NCBI GenBank assembly: GCA_036172245.1
Contig: JAYWIR010000005.1
Coordinates: 2,604,001 to 2,668,000, forward strand
Direction of reading: 5' to 3'
Source: Raillietiella orientalis
Lineage: Eukaryota
DNA: 64,000 bases
The position numbers were made by a program, and so were the translations under genes. Every line of letters begins with the position of its first letter. Position 1 is the stretch's first letter. The notes under the pieces were generated by a model, which was not told the origin of the DNA, did no database searches, and saw only the letters and a list, made by a program, of their open reading frames with translations. Shown one piece after another: positions 50,635-63,860 of this stretch.

Positions 50635-51960
50635 GATCCTTTTCTGGCAAGATCCTTTTCCCGCAAGGGAACCTCTCCTTGCTACTCCTCTGGAGAAAGG
50701 GAATCCCGAAGAGACGCTTCCAAATTTCTCTGAAGGCCTTTTCCCGAAGGGAGCAGTGCACCGCTCGATACTCTGGAGAGGTAGCAATCAGCTCCATGAT
50801 ACTCGATGAAGGGTTTTCCCTCGTAGGGGAGGGGAGGTCTCCACTTTCACAGCCAGAGGGGAATCCTGGGGAGCTCCTCGATTCCTGGCAGGACCCCGGA
50901 GGGTCCACTTCCAATCCCTGCTAGTCAACGGAAGCATCCAGTTTCCGCCGGTGCCCTTCGCCCCTTTGGGGACGCTTGGCCAAGACCCTTGGAACTCCCG
51001 GAGACGTTGTAAAGCACCTCTTCCTGCGCGACGCCCTCACGCTGGCCTCATCCCTCCCTAGCAGAGCTTTGCTGCCCACGCGGCGGGACCGTGGCTGCAT
51101 GGAGCAACGCCAGAGGCCAAGAAGATAGGGACGCCATCTATTTTGCTGTCCTCTTCATGAGGACAGCGTCAAGATGGCCCCATCTGAGAACCATAAAACA
51201 GGAACTTGCCGGCATCCTGACAAGGATGCAGAAGACTCCCTCCAGCACACAGTGATCCCTTCCCCAACTCGCAATCCCTTCCTTTTTTTTCTTGCTGTTT
51301 TTTTCTGTTTTGTTTTTGTTTTTTTCTTTTTGTTTGGCTCCCCTTCTCCTGTGCTGCTGAGGCGAACCTCGCTGGCCTCCAGATCCCGGCAGGTTCCTTT
51401 TCGTATTCATAAGTAACGTGACAGGATCGCACGTCCTACTACAAACACGTATGCTTATTTGATAAATAAACGCCCGGCGTGTCCGGGTGTCAACCAGGGC
51501 CTCCGCACCCGGAGCCTTCAATTCAACCAGTGTCATCTTGCGGGAGAACTCGAAACCCACGAAACATCCATGTCTCTGGCGTTGATCCTTCCCCGGGCGA
51601 GATGCGAACCTGCAACGGGAGTGCCGCGAGAGCTGGGAAAACAGAGTCCCCTCCGGGCGGTCCTTCCGGAGAGAATGAGGAGAGGTTTCCATCGGGGTTC
51701 CCTCCCAGCCTTAAGAAGAACGGACTCGTTCCTCCGGAGCCCTTCCTGAATTCATAGGTGGCTCCCTCCCGGGGTCTCCCTATCTTGAAGAGTCATACAC
51801 GCACCCTCGGGTGGAACAGTGTCGGAGAGCTTTCTGAGCCCCTAGGCGAACGATACTGCAGCACGCGCATACCAAAAAAGGAAAACCCTAAAAAAAAGAA
51901 AAAAAAGAAAGCAGGATGGGAAACAGCGAAACAAAAAAGAACCCAAAAGGATTTCCAGCA
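50635..51960. repeat. Interspersed repeat family 2, copy 3: internally inverted and interrupted by a LINE tail
   Basis: 50635-50947 and 51488-51632 are reverse complements of 14400-14125 and 14125-13965. 51640-51960 is co-oriented with 14400-14750 and has the minus-strand ATGAAT at 51755. Confidence 0.75.
50948..51488 (+). mobile_element. Short 5'-truncated LINE 3' end (copy E)
   Basis: ORF2 C-terminal similarity to copies A, C and D; conserved acagtgatcccttccc, T-rich tract and hairpins; AATAAA at 51465-51470; CCCGG-cgtgt-CCGGG at 51473-51487. Confidence 0.85.
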
Positions 51961-54900
51961 TCCTAGATCTACAATATTGTCCTCCCTATGAGGTCTCTTT
52001 TGGCCTTTCCTATTGAAAAAAAAAAGCTCTTGCTTTCCAAATGTGCAGAACTCCACAAACTCTGATTGCCGGAAAGTTACGCGGTGTACACTCTGTGAAC
52101 AAAATCCATAGTATGGTGCACGCACCTCTTTTCCTCCTTGCTCGCTGGGAATACCGCGACGGGAAACAAAGAGACATCGCCTGACAAACCCCATTCCTGA
52201 AATTTGCCTGAGCCCTGTTGGGATGAACCACTCTGAATTTCTGGCAATGCACCCCACGTGTGAATGAGGGATCGGTGTTTAACCATTTTTCGCTGCGTGT
52301 TCGTGAAATATACCCAGGTGTATCAAAGCCCCGCCGCACGCGTGAGGACGGCCGCGGGACAGAGATGAATTCGCTGGGACGCTCCGCGGCAACTTTTGGA
52401 TCTCCCCACGGATTGGCACAAGCAACCGCTAGCGGCCCGTCGGGCCTACCCGAAGTTGTTAACTCGTCCGGCCTGGTGACAGCCCTCGTGAGGTCGAGCC
52501 GGGGAGCGGGTAAACGCCGTGGATCCCGCCTGAAAAGGAAAGAGGGCATCCGTGAGGGTTCACCATTTTGAAATGGCGCCTAGGAGTAAAGAAGTGTGGG
52601 AAGAGGAACTAACCTCAACGATTCCTTTCTTCCTTCCCGTTGCATGGGAGGCATCGCAACGGATTTATCAGAATCCCAGGATTAAGACTGGGCGCTGAGA
52701 ACCCTTCGCAACCGTAGCACCGCCGCCTCTGAATTCCGCACCCAGCAAATCAAAAGAAAATTCACCCGCAAGACACACAAGACTTTGGAAGGGACCATCA
52801 GCAACCACACGTGGTCTAAGATGATGAATAACACCGGGAACTCTGTCTCGTTAAAAATGAAAAAAACGCGATGTGCTCGTCATAGCTGCCAGCCCCTACG
52901 GGAACCGAAATGTGAAACTGAGGGAGGCTGGTGCGACCTATTACTGGACTCTCAGGATGACTCTTGATGTTTCATCATGGAGGAATACTGAGTGACTCCA
53001 GGATTGGATAAGTAACAGCCACGATGAGTTCTGCAAGTCACGTAGAGTCAGAGAAACTTAGCTCCACGCTCTCACCTGCTCGACGCTGAGCCAGGGTTGG
53101 GCAGCGCTAAAGGCGGTGGCGGGTCTGCAGACGACCCCGAAGGTGGAGATATTGGCGGGAATGCTTGAGGGGAAAAGGGACATTCCTCGATACAATCCCA
53201 TGGTCTATACTACCATCTTCCTCTTCATCACCAGCACTGTGATAAGAAGGAGCAAAAATGCGGAACACCGGACCTCTGCCAGCATCTTACAAGGAGCGTT
53301 ACAAAGGGAAGCAGGCATTCATGTCCTGGACATACCGCTACATCTTGAAGAAGATGACGAACGTTGCTCGAGTGGGCGGGATGCTCACCAGAGATGGCCT
53401 CATCCCAAACCTGGAAAATCGAACGTCGACCACGATTGTGACACTTAGTTACCGACAGTTTGGCGCGCAGACACTCGATGAAGTGTCTGCAAGTATGTGT
53501 GATGGTTGGAATTGTATGCAGTTTATCATGCTGCACAAATTATTCACCGGATGAATAATTTTCTCGAATGCTAATACAAAACGAGGAAATTATTCATGGG
53601 TCAGGCAAACGAATGCGTTTCCGTGAGGAGGACAGTAAGAGATCCATTTATACAACGGAACGAACTTCAATCGACTGACCAATCTGCGACTTTTTCCTCC
53701 GGCATCCTGCGGTTCTTATTTTTAAAAGATCGTTTGATGAGGAACATCCGGTGTGCACGATGAGTTTATTTCATTGCGCAGATGAAGCATCCCTCACATC
53801 AGCGGAGTTGCATGAATGTTTTCATGTAGCGCAGAGCATGCCAGGATGAAGTTATTCGAAAGGATTTATGGAGGTCCCGGTACATTCCCTTTCTTGGCAT
53901 AAATGATAGCAGTCACAATTATAAAGACTGCAGGAATTAAAGTTCGGAAAATCGGATCCATGCTACATATGTAAACGGAGCTCCAGCCTCGTACTGATGT
54001 TTTCCTCAGGCGAGGAAGAATTTTTTTTTTTCTCTCTCTCTCCCTCCTGTACATTTGAAATCGAAATTCCCCATAGGGAGGTGCTTGGGAGATTTCCTGG
54101 GATCAGTCGCTCGAGGCAAACCAAACGGATCGCCGAAAGTTCACAGCACAGCTGCTTGACTGTCCCTATCTCCTGCCGTGCAGTCAGTTCTGGAATAACT
54201 GGGATCCTCTGACGTAACAGTCGTTCATATCTGGAGAATAGGTTCATTACGTAGCCACGTCCAGAGATATGAATCAAGTAGTCTCTTGGTTGGTTCTTGT
54301 GCCAATTAATCATTTCAGTGGTTACCAAGCCGCGTTTTCTCGACGTCTGATTGATACTTGAAGACCGAAAACTGTTGCATAAAAAACAGTCAGTCTGGAA
54401 GGCGGATGCATGATTATTTGTACAAGCAGTATTATCAGCAAGCAACTTCTTAAACGAAAATAATACACACACACACATACATGACCTTGTATGCTGCAGC
54501 TGTGAGTGCAGCCTTTAGAGTCCTCTCAGTCCCCGACTTTTCTTTTTTTCAGTCTTGAGGAAAGAGCGATCTGAAAAGTAGTTATTAGGGGAAGTTTAGT
54601 TATTCAGTGACTCTTTGTAAAGTTGAGCGTTATATTAAAGGATCGTCCAACAAGATTACTACCAAGACCGGCCTAACTGATTCTGAAGCACGGATGGGAA
54701 TTCCTTGCTGCCTTTCTCGAGTGCTTCTCGGGTAGTTTGGAATTCCAAGAATTTTTTCTTCCAGCTGGCCGCACAAATGATGACGTAAAAGCCACCTGGT
54801 CAGCAAACCTATTAAACTACTAAATCCAAGACATGAATCTCCTTTTGCTTCCAGTCAAGTCTTTATTTGGGTTAAGATCTGCTCTCATACCCTGGGAAAC

Positions 54901-57386
54901 ATTCCGTCGACTCCGAAATGAAAACTGGATTGCTGCAGCCGTTCTTGGATGCATTGCCCTCGAGAAAGCGGCGATCGAGATCGTAAAAGTGTTAATGAAT
55001 TGAATGAATCGTTGTCTTTGGATTTACCGCACTCGGCTGTATCGGAAAAACATAATATACCGAATAATAGAACTGTTCGCATATGACAGATTTGTAAAGC
55101 TCGAATTCCTTGTAGGTGGCTATGGCATGAATAGAATTCCTGGATCTCCAAGCCGATTCTCAACAGTTTTCAGATAAACCGCCTCTTTCTCTGCCTCCCA
55201 AACTGTAATAAGCAGCTTCTGATTTGATCGAATAATCCATCCATTAATAAACGGATGGATGCACTACACTGCTTCTTGACACTTGTTTGATCGTAAATCT
55301 GTGCTTCTTAACACATCTCGTAGTTGATTTCACAGCTGGTTGCCATGGGGACAGCTTCCTCTTCCTACCTGGAGACCTTCCCGCTAGATTGCAACACAAG
55401 TTCTATGTCTCGGAGCGTATTTCTCTACTTTCCAAAATTCCAAAGCCAGTTTGAAAATTACCTCATTTCGGGATATGCCAGGGCCATTGGTTTGCCAGAG
55501 AAAAGCCCCTCCGATAGGTATCGAACATGGAATGGCTTGAATTAGAATTCAATTCTAAATTCCATTTTTCGTCATCATTTTTGGGAAATGATTGGAATCC
55601 TGCTACGTTCTCGCATGAGGGAACTTTTCATTCAATTTTCAATTTCATGCAACCTTAGGAATGGCTTTTCCCTTTCCCCAGAACAGTTCCAGATTTTTAT
55701 GGTTTATTTTCGGAGTTCGGAATTAAATACATTTAACAAATTCTTTGGCCTGTTCCCAATTCTCAGGTCGTTACTGTTTTTCGAGGGATCCTTGATCCTC
55801 CATGAAATGGTACACGACCCTCCTCACGGTTTCCAGATGCCGATCTGTAATGCACGAAAGTGAGAAATGCTTTTCGAAAACCATCCGGGATTCTCATTGC
55901 AAGGGCGCGTCCTCCTATCCTTTTTCATAATATCTTTGAGGTTTCGTCTTCCTTTGCTTTGCTTTCTCTTCGATGGGCTTTCCTTCTCGGAGGAACAGGC
56001 GAGGCAATGGGTTGCTTATTCGCTTTTTGCTTTATTCTCAGTTCAACTGGCTAATACAATAGACGTGTGCGTGTTTTCCTTTTTCTTTTCTTTTTCTTTT
56101 TTTTTTTTTGTTTCATACGTTTGAGTTTCAAGAACTCCAAAAATCTTCTCGTCCTGGTAGGTGAAATTTGTTCCATTGCCTTGCTGAACAAAAGAACGAA
56201 AGCCCTCCACTCTCAAAGTTTTCACAGTTCGCAAAATAACAAAGAGCACCATCGAGGAAGTCCTCATTAGAAGAAGGAAGAAAATCTCAACGTGTTCCGG
56301 AAATGCTGAGACTCAACTCATAACTAGAAGGCTTCATGCCACCAGAGTTGACAGCTGCTTTTCGATCTGGTGGCCTGGACTTCGCCTATTCGGACGAGGT
56401 AGAAACACACCGTCAGCCACTCTTATGAGACTGTGCATCATCTCTTGGCATCCGAATTGACGACCAGCAACGGAAATCGCCGAAGCAACTTCTGTTCTGA
56501 AGCAACTGGAAACAGAGATTACTAAAAAGTGAAGAAAAAAGGTTGCCTTCTTTGAGTACGCAAAGATTCGAAAATGCTTTGATTGGATGTGAAAACAAAA
56601 TTTGCATATGAATCGGAGATGCCGTATTTTTTATTTTAAGTCGACGCTTTTTATTTTCAAAAAACCATTCCAGCTGTCCTTTTTCCAGAGAGGTAAAAGG
56701 CCCCAAACTCACGCTGGAGTCCGTGGCAGCCCACGGGGCCAGTCCTCGACTGACCTTGCACGCTGGCATGGACTCGTTCGATTGACATTCCTTCCTGTAC
56801 ATTAGGAAAACATTGACTACACAAATGCACCATTCACATGATCGATAAGGTATTCGACGACATTTTTTTGTAATTTCGATCCACTTGTACTTTGAAAGAT
56901 TTCTACTCATGCTTATCGGCTAGAGTTTGTGGGACGACTGGCAAGACTAATGTTGAGGAATCCAGCACTGAAACGAAAAAATCAGGATGTAATGAAAATG
57001 ATGGAATGGAACATCTACTGGTTGCGTTTCATCTTGAGCTACATTTTAATCGAGAGATGTATGCTTGTTTTAGATAAAAGTGCCTCGACAACTGCATCAT
57101 AAACAAGCTTTTATTTTCAAGTTAATCACCAGACAGTTTGTTTGTTTCTTCAACATTGAATGTCTTTCCTTTAAGCTGTGTTGAAGACCCAAGTTTCCCC
57201 ACAATTCCCCTCTGCAGACTCCGTCTAATGCCCTCAAAAGTTACGTAATTTACGCAATATTTTTAGCTCAATACTTAAGAATTGCACATTACCGAATCTG
57301 GGTAAACAAGAACCCGATCCCAAATAAATAAAGTGGTAGCCAGGGTTGACATACACTTATGAAATAGTTATCAAAATGACGTCATG

Positions 57387-57425
57387 ATCGTTCGACTGGT
57401 TCCCTTTGGGAACCAGTCGAACGAT
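57387..57425. repeat. Perfect 18-bp inverted repeat with 3-nt loop
   Basis: atcgttcgactggttccc-ttt-gggaaccagtcgaacgat. Confidence 0.95.
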
Positions 57426-59059
57426 GACCGATTACCAACGAAAAATCACCGATTAGTTTCATCCTCATTAAGTGTAAGGGAATGAAGTTCTGAAAATGAG
57501 CTATTTATTATTTTCATAGAAAGGCATGAGCCTTTAGGTTACATATCTGATATGTCGTATTCACTTACATCCTTTACTCGTACTGCCTAGAGCCGTTAGC
57601 TCCTTTGCAAAAGCTTTCGCAGTCGCATTTCTTCCAGGTTACCTGGTTGCACCATATGACTTGAAGAAATAACTAAGAAATATGGAACATATTCTTGACT
57701 CAATTAGTTATCATTCACTTCGAATAAAACTTTTAGAACAGATTTCTTGCAAAAAAATATTGCTGAGGCTATCGGCAGTCGATGAGGTAAAGACCATTAT
57801 TTTGTAGGCAGTTAATATTTTCTACTATCTTACATCTAACTAAAACAACAGAAGAAAAAAAAAATGAAAAATCCTAGTGCTACATCAAGCCATCCCTACA
57901 AACTTGAGGTCCAAAAAAATTTGAAACGGAAATCTCTGTTTTCATTGATACACAATGATTTGTTTGTTTTCTTTTTTTTGTCAGAATCAGAGTCGAAAAA
58001 TTAAGCACTCTTTGATATTTATAGCGTTAGTTTTCACTGTGATAACATGCAGCTGCTTCTGCGATTGATTCTTTTCTGTGCACCTTATGATTATTTTTTA
58101 ACAAAAAAGAATTTACATACCAAGGTTTTTATGGAGTTTTTTCAGATAATTGCATTCAAAATAAAACGTGATTATACTGTTTTTCGGCATCCTTATTTAA
58201 TTGCAGAATTTGTATCCAAAATATTACATCCTATTTTCAATTTTGATAGAATTACTCTACCTGGCAACAGTGCTCTCGATTTGCATAGTTGTGGATTCCT
58301 AATTCAGATTTTCTTTTCTAATCCCTTGGATCAGCCATCTTCAAGAAGTTTGAGAAAATAATAGTGACAGGAAAAATTAAAGTGTCGGTAAATTAAGTTA
58401 AGCCTTAATGGAATTTCAAGGAAGCAATTTTGAATGCTATTTCAAAATATTTACTCAGTATGTATGAGATTACATAGATTTTTTGATCCAAGATAATTGA
58501 AAATAAATTTAAGTTCAAATAGTTGGGAATACTTATGGTATGCTCGACTCTATACTCAACTCTTTTATTATTCAATCAGATGTATCTTTACATTATCCCT
58601 GGCATCATATGTAACAATTGTATCGTAGGAAGAGAAATTCAGCATGCTTTGATTTACGAAAACCATAAATATATAGAATATGAATAAATATGCAATAAAT
58701 AAAATCTTTAAATCCTCATTTAAAAAGTTTAACAAAAATCTAGGCAAAAATGCATTTTAAAAGATTTATTCGAAATAAAATGAAGATGGAACCTCAGTTA
58801 TGATTTCTAGTTTTTAATTTATAGGTGTAACATTTAAGGTAGCATGGAAAATAATTTAATGGAAAATGAATGAGCTTAGCAAAAATACTAAATCTGGAAA
58901 TGATGTGAAAATTTTCAATTTTTGCGATAAATTATTTCGCTTTGATAAACTTTTCCTTTGTGCGTAGCTTTCATTTTTTGACCATCAGATATAACCAAAC
59001 AAAGAAAGATGAAAAATTAACCAATTTAAAATGCCTACATTGAATTTCATCTTATGACA

Positions 59060-59400
59060 TTTTGGATCGAAAACTGGAAAATGCCAGTCTGAAAATTTTC
59101 AAACCTTGCAAGCTAAAAATTGACTCCGGTATTGCATCGAGATATTTCCTTATTCACCGAAAATATCGTGAAGAACGAATATCATTTCATTTTTCCAAAT
59201 CGGTTCTTCAAGAATACTCGAATACACTGAATGTACAAAAAGCAAGTCTTGTCTTCAGTTTCATGGAATTTCTTGACAAAGCCGTTCATAAGAGGAGTGA
59301 TTTCGGAGTTCAGGGAAATGATACCGAAAACCCCAAGTTCCCATCCGGCATCTCACGTCCAAAGATTCTGAGATGATCTTCATCTTTAAATATGTTCCCC
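59060..59400 (+). mobile_element. Possible Penelope-like RT remnant
   Basis: VLQEYSNTLNVQKASLVFSFMEFLDKAVHK resembles the PLE RT pattern L..F...LN.....I.FT.E.....FLDV.V.K. Confidence 0.35.
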
Positions 59401-62400
59401 TCGTGAAACAGAAAGCGCGCCTACATAAGCATTACACAATTACTTTCGATTCCCCTCAAACTCGGACAAATAAGCCCACATTCCTGTGAGCAAAAGGCAT
59501 TATCCCTGCTGTATTTCAAATCCGTTCTTCAAACACAGACGTACTCCCCTATTTTAACAGAATAGGAACATGGTTAATAAATTGCCCTACTACCCGCACA
59601 TGTGAAATATCACTCCAAAGTGTGATCACCATCAGTCAGCAGCAGCTCTGCTTTTCGCATATTATTTTCACTTACCACGAGCTCCACTGTGAAAACATGT
59701 GAAAAGTGCGATGCATTAAAATAAGTGTGCAGTATGTGTAATCTTTGCTTGTGTCTGCAGCTCAAGAGAATTTAAGTCACATTTCCGATGGATAGAATTT
59801 CGCGTGTTCTTAAATCCGATTCGTTAGAACAGCGTTATGTATCTCACGGTTTGGATTTTGCATTTGGCATTCATGCGCAACGCATTTGGCCATTTTGTTT
59901 GCGTTAATTATTTCATAAAGTTGTGTTTTCCCTCTTCCAGAGAAACACTTCTGTGGATACTGAGGTCTATTCGTACGGTGGGACAGAATGGTTGTGTGCA
60001 TTCTGATACTATTAATTGATGCTCAGTAAAGTTTTAGTTAGATAATCAAGAGTAAAAAAAAAAAAATGCGAAATCACAAGAGCAAATGAGTCTGGAATAC
60101 CAGAAAACTACCTAATCAGTTGCGATAGATAAAAAAGGACTCCTTTCGAAATGTTTTTTTCTTCCTGGGGAAGCAGAAGCATTTTCTGGTGAATTCTGAA
60201 CCGGGCTCCTTTTACTAGCCAACATGGAGCGGCAAAATGAACCGTTGGAGTGATCACTATGGTAAAACTTTGATCTGCACATCAGTTTCCCAACAGCAAA
60301 GATTCTGTGCTCATCGAACGCATAACCTAAAATGGCTTCCGGAACTGGAGATACTCAGGACTCTTGTTTCAAGAGTCATGTTATCATGATGATAACAGTG
60401 GTAGCTCATAATGTTTTATGAATTTTCTGAAAGAACTCTTGCGAGTTGAAGAAGCTCCTGCGGTGTGAATACGAAGATCTGGAAATTCCCACGTAGCCTG
60501 TCACTTTGCTCAAAAATATTTCCTGCAAAATTCTTTGAGCCGGCACGTCAACGGACTAGTCAAAGGTCATAGTGGTTTCAGGAGTATCCCGGAGGGCGCC
60601 TTTTGCAGCGGAGATGGAAGCATGCATGGATCTTGGAGGCGAAAAGCATTTAGCGCTTTCAACACCTTGAAGCTTGTTGTTTCTTCGGTTCGAATCTAAT
60701 GATTGTGAGTGCTGCAATCGAAAACGCAATAAAGCCTGGATCCGTTGTTCCTTTGGAGGAGAAACATGAAGATGGATCACTGCTGTAGTTTATGCCATGA
60801 TACTTGAGCATGGCAACGACTGATTTCTCTCTTCTATAAGCCATATGCATTCCTGACTCCGGTGGGACTTATTTGAGTGCTTGGAAAACTTTTGCATTTG
60901 TACTGGACTATGAGGTCCACGACGAGCCATCACGTCCGCGTAAGTGATGTGGGGGGGGGGGGGGGCGCGCTCTTCTGCATGACCCTGGTTTGCCTGTAAA
61001 GCAAGCAAGCCAGGTATCAGATATGATTAAGAGTGCGATGTGCTGATTCGGGAAAAACTAAGGATCCGCTGCCTATTCTAGAGAATTCACTGTTTTTTTT
61101 TTTTTTTTCTTGGAAATCTTGGAGATCGCACTAGTCACACTGAGAATCCTAATCCTTCAAGACTGCAAGAACAGCTTCTTGGTTTAACGCCCGCCTTCAC
61201 GCAAAGCGATACAAATCATGGTTTAAAGAACAGGCCACCCAAGGCTTATCTCACAGAATTGTGTTCCAATTTACCATGCTGCCTTCCATCGGAAAGTTTG
61301 CCACATCCACGATGCTGCTTAAGCGAGCATATAGTTGGCACCACGCTAGCAACGAACATCCACCATTTTCTAAGCATTATCTGATTTTTCGTCCACTTCC
61401 ATTCAAATAGGATTGAATTTGTGCTCAGTCAAGTTTCACTGGACAACTTGACTTCAAGAGAAAACCACACTTCATGCAATACTTATAACGTGGTGCTCAG
61501 CATTTGAAACCACATCCCTTTGATGAGATGTTGAAGATTGTGTTTCTGGAGATATTGCATATCTGAGGAATTTTCCAAAGGAAACTTTCAGTCGGGGAAT
61601 TTCCTAGTGACTGTTTCATGGGGCTTCAGAGAGAAGGATGAGAAATGCACTTAAGAAGTACATTTAACAAATTACAAACACCGTTAAACGACGTTTATCA
61701 TACAGATACAGTTAACAGGGAATTATAGAAAAGTGGGTGTTACTGTTAATGGATGCTTTCAGCTGCTTTTATACGCTGACTACACACATCTAAAATGGGA
61801 AACTGCATCAGGAGAAAAGTTTTCCATAAACGACATAATCTGATTCAGAACAAGAATCCATCAGAGCATGGCATCATCTGCGCAAGTGGGAGTATTCAGT
61901 CATTCGGTCATTCGGATTCAATTGGGAGAGTGCTTACAATTTAGGCCCGAAGCTCATTTAAGCATTTTTTTTTTCATGACTTCCGATTGAAGGGTATTCG
62001 TATTCGTTTCTCCTTATAAAAGGGAAAAAAAAACAAAGAATCACAATCTTCTTAATGTGGACTTGCTTTCTGATCCGGTGGAATACTCAAACGTAAAGGA
62101 AGCAAACAAAGTGTATGTCATGGAATGGAGCAGAACGGAAAGTAGGAGACCACGAGGCGGAGGGATTTTAAGATTCAGACTCGGACGACGCTGCTTAGGA
62201 ACAGAAGACTCCGTATTTTCTTGCCTTGTAGCCAAACACTCTGATTGTCTTACGAAATTTAAAAGCAGCACTACTCTTTAATGGAATCTAATATACGAAA
62301 AAAAATAAAAGAAAAATACCTCATCCATTAAGAAGAATACAAAAGGAAGAGTGATCAGATGTGGCACTTCAGAAGTTTCCTTCACACGTAGCAAAGTAGC

Positions 62401-62851
62401 GAAAGAATGGATGAGTAAGTAATGGATGAGTATGAGAACAAGGAGATTCGTTCACTTAGAAACTATGAAATTAGAAAGCCAGTTTCTCTAATTGATTAGA
62501 AACAAAGGCAGACCTAGTCTGCCAATGAACAACGGAAGAAAGGAAAATCAGTATTTTAAACTTTATATCCCCCTCACTCATATTAATTCAAAGAGGAAAT
62601 TAGGCGCGCGATTACAGTCTCATACATAAAATGATCAGTAAGTATGCATATAGGAAAAGTCAAAAAGCAGTCCGACAAAAAATGGGAAACAATAATAAAA
62701 AGTTCATAAGTTTTAAATTGATGGAGAGTGGTAAAAGAAACAGATGAATACACAAAATTTCATTTGTTCCTGCCAATGAACAAATGGAATTTGTTTATTC
62801 CTAGTGATAGAAAATCATATATCAAAAGAGTGAACACGAATAGATGTTTAG

Positions 62852-62911
62852 ATGACAGGAAATATTAGATGTTTTTCACTAATGTGAAAAACATCTAATA
62901 TTTCCTGTCAT
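62852..62911. repeat. Perfect 28-bp inverted repeat with 4-nt loop
   Basis: atgacaggaaatattagatgtttttcac-taat-gtgaaaaacatctaatatttcctgtcat. Confidence 0.95.
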
Positions 62912-63429
62912 TGAGTAATGAGAAAACGACTTTTAAATATGATAAATTACATAACTAGAAGAAATGATTCTATCGCTATCAAAATGATCAGTTGTTGTAG
63001 AGTAATTGTATCAAAAATATCGGAATTTCATAAGAATGACAATATCGGTACTTTTTTTTTCACTACAATTATAAGTGATTTTGGTATGCATTATTTGTGA
63101 ACATTTTTGTGGCTCCCTATACATTTTATGCCTTTAATAGTGTTTAAATTAGTATCTGATGACGAAACGCCTCACGAACATAAAACTGTCATTCTGGTCT
63201 TAACGGCTGAAAGGGAAAGAATGGTGAATACTTTCAAAAGTCTAATGGACGTATATTATGATTGGAGCGAAGAAATCCGAACAATTAGACAGGAGATAAA
63301 TAAACACGTGAGATGAAAGAGAGAATGTGGGAAATGAGATATCAGAAAATGAAGTGGGAATGTCAGAAAATCAAACATCATTATGAATGATGAATAAGGA
63401 ATCAGCTAATCATCGAGATCAAAAAGTTA

Positions 63430-63860
63430 ATTCTAGTGGAGATTATGAGGAAAGGTCAATAATTAATTCCAAAGCATATATCGCTATGCTGCAAGGACTT
63501 TAGAAATATTTGAAAAATCTACGGAAGAGCTCGACAAGAGAAGAATGTTTAAGTTGTTCTTTTGTTATACTATAATGCAAGACCACACACCAGCTTGTAA
63601 ACAGATGCCATCACAAAACTGTATTGTTCCATTTTCCGTACAGTCCGTATTGGTCGCATCAGCTCCCATTCTTTTGGTCCGGCGTAGATTAATATTCTTT
63701 GAAAAAACTACAGTATAATGACAATGCCATTCAGGAAGTTAAGACATGGTTGTCACAGAGAACACAGGATTTTTACCAAAAATGAATATAGGTCCTTGTT
63801 CTAGAGAGCAGACCAAGCCGCAGAAAAAGATAAAGACTTCATAGCAAAAAACAGATTCCA
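63430..63860 (+). mobile_element. Decayed mariner transposase remnant
   Basis: Ordered degenerate motifs: IINSKAYIAML (cf. TINSxxY), LLYYNARPHT (cf. LLHDNARPH, about 63565-63590), HFPYSP (cf. HPPYSPDL), EVKTWLSQRTQDFYQ. Confidence 0.7.

Noticed and set aside
54500..57100. Possible old LINE or DNA transposon debris
   Set aside because: Too degraded to assign a family or boundaries by eye.
63156..63168. CTGATGA-C-GAAAC as a hammerhead ribozyme core
   Set aside because: No stem II between the core halves and no convincing flanking stems.
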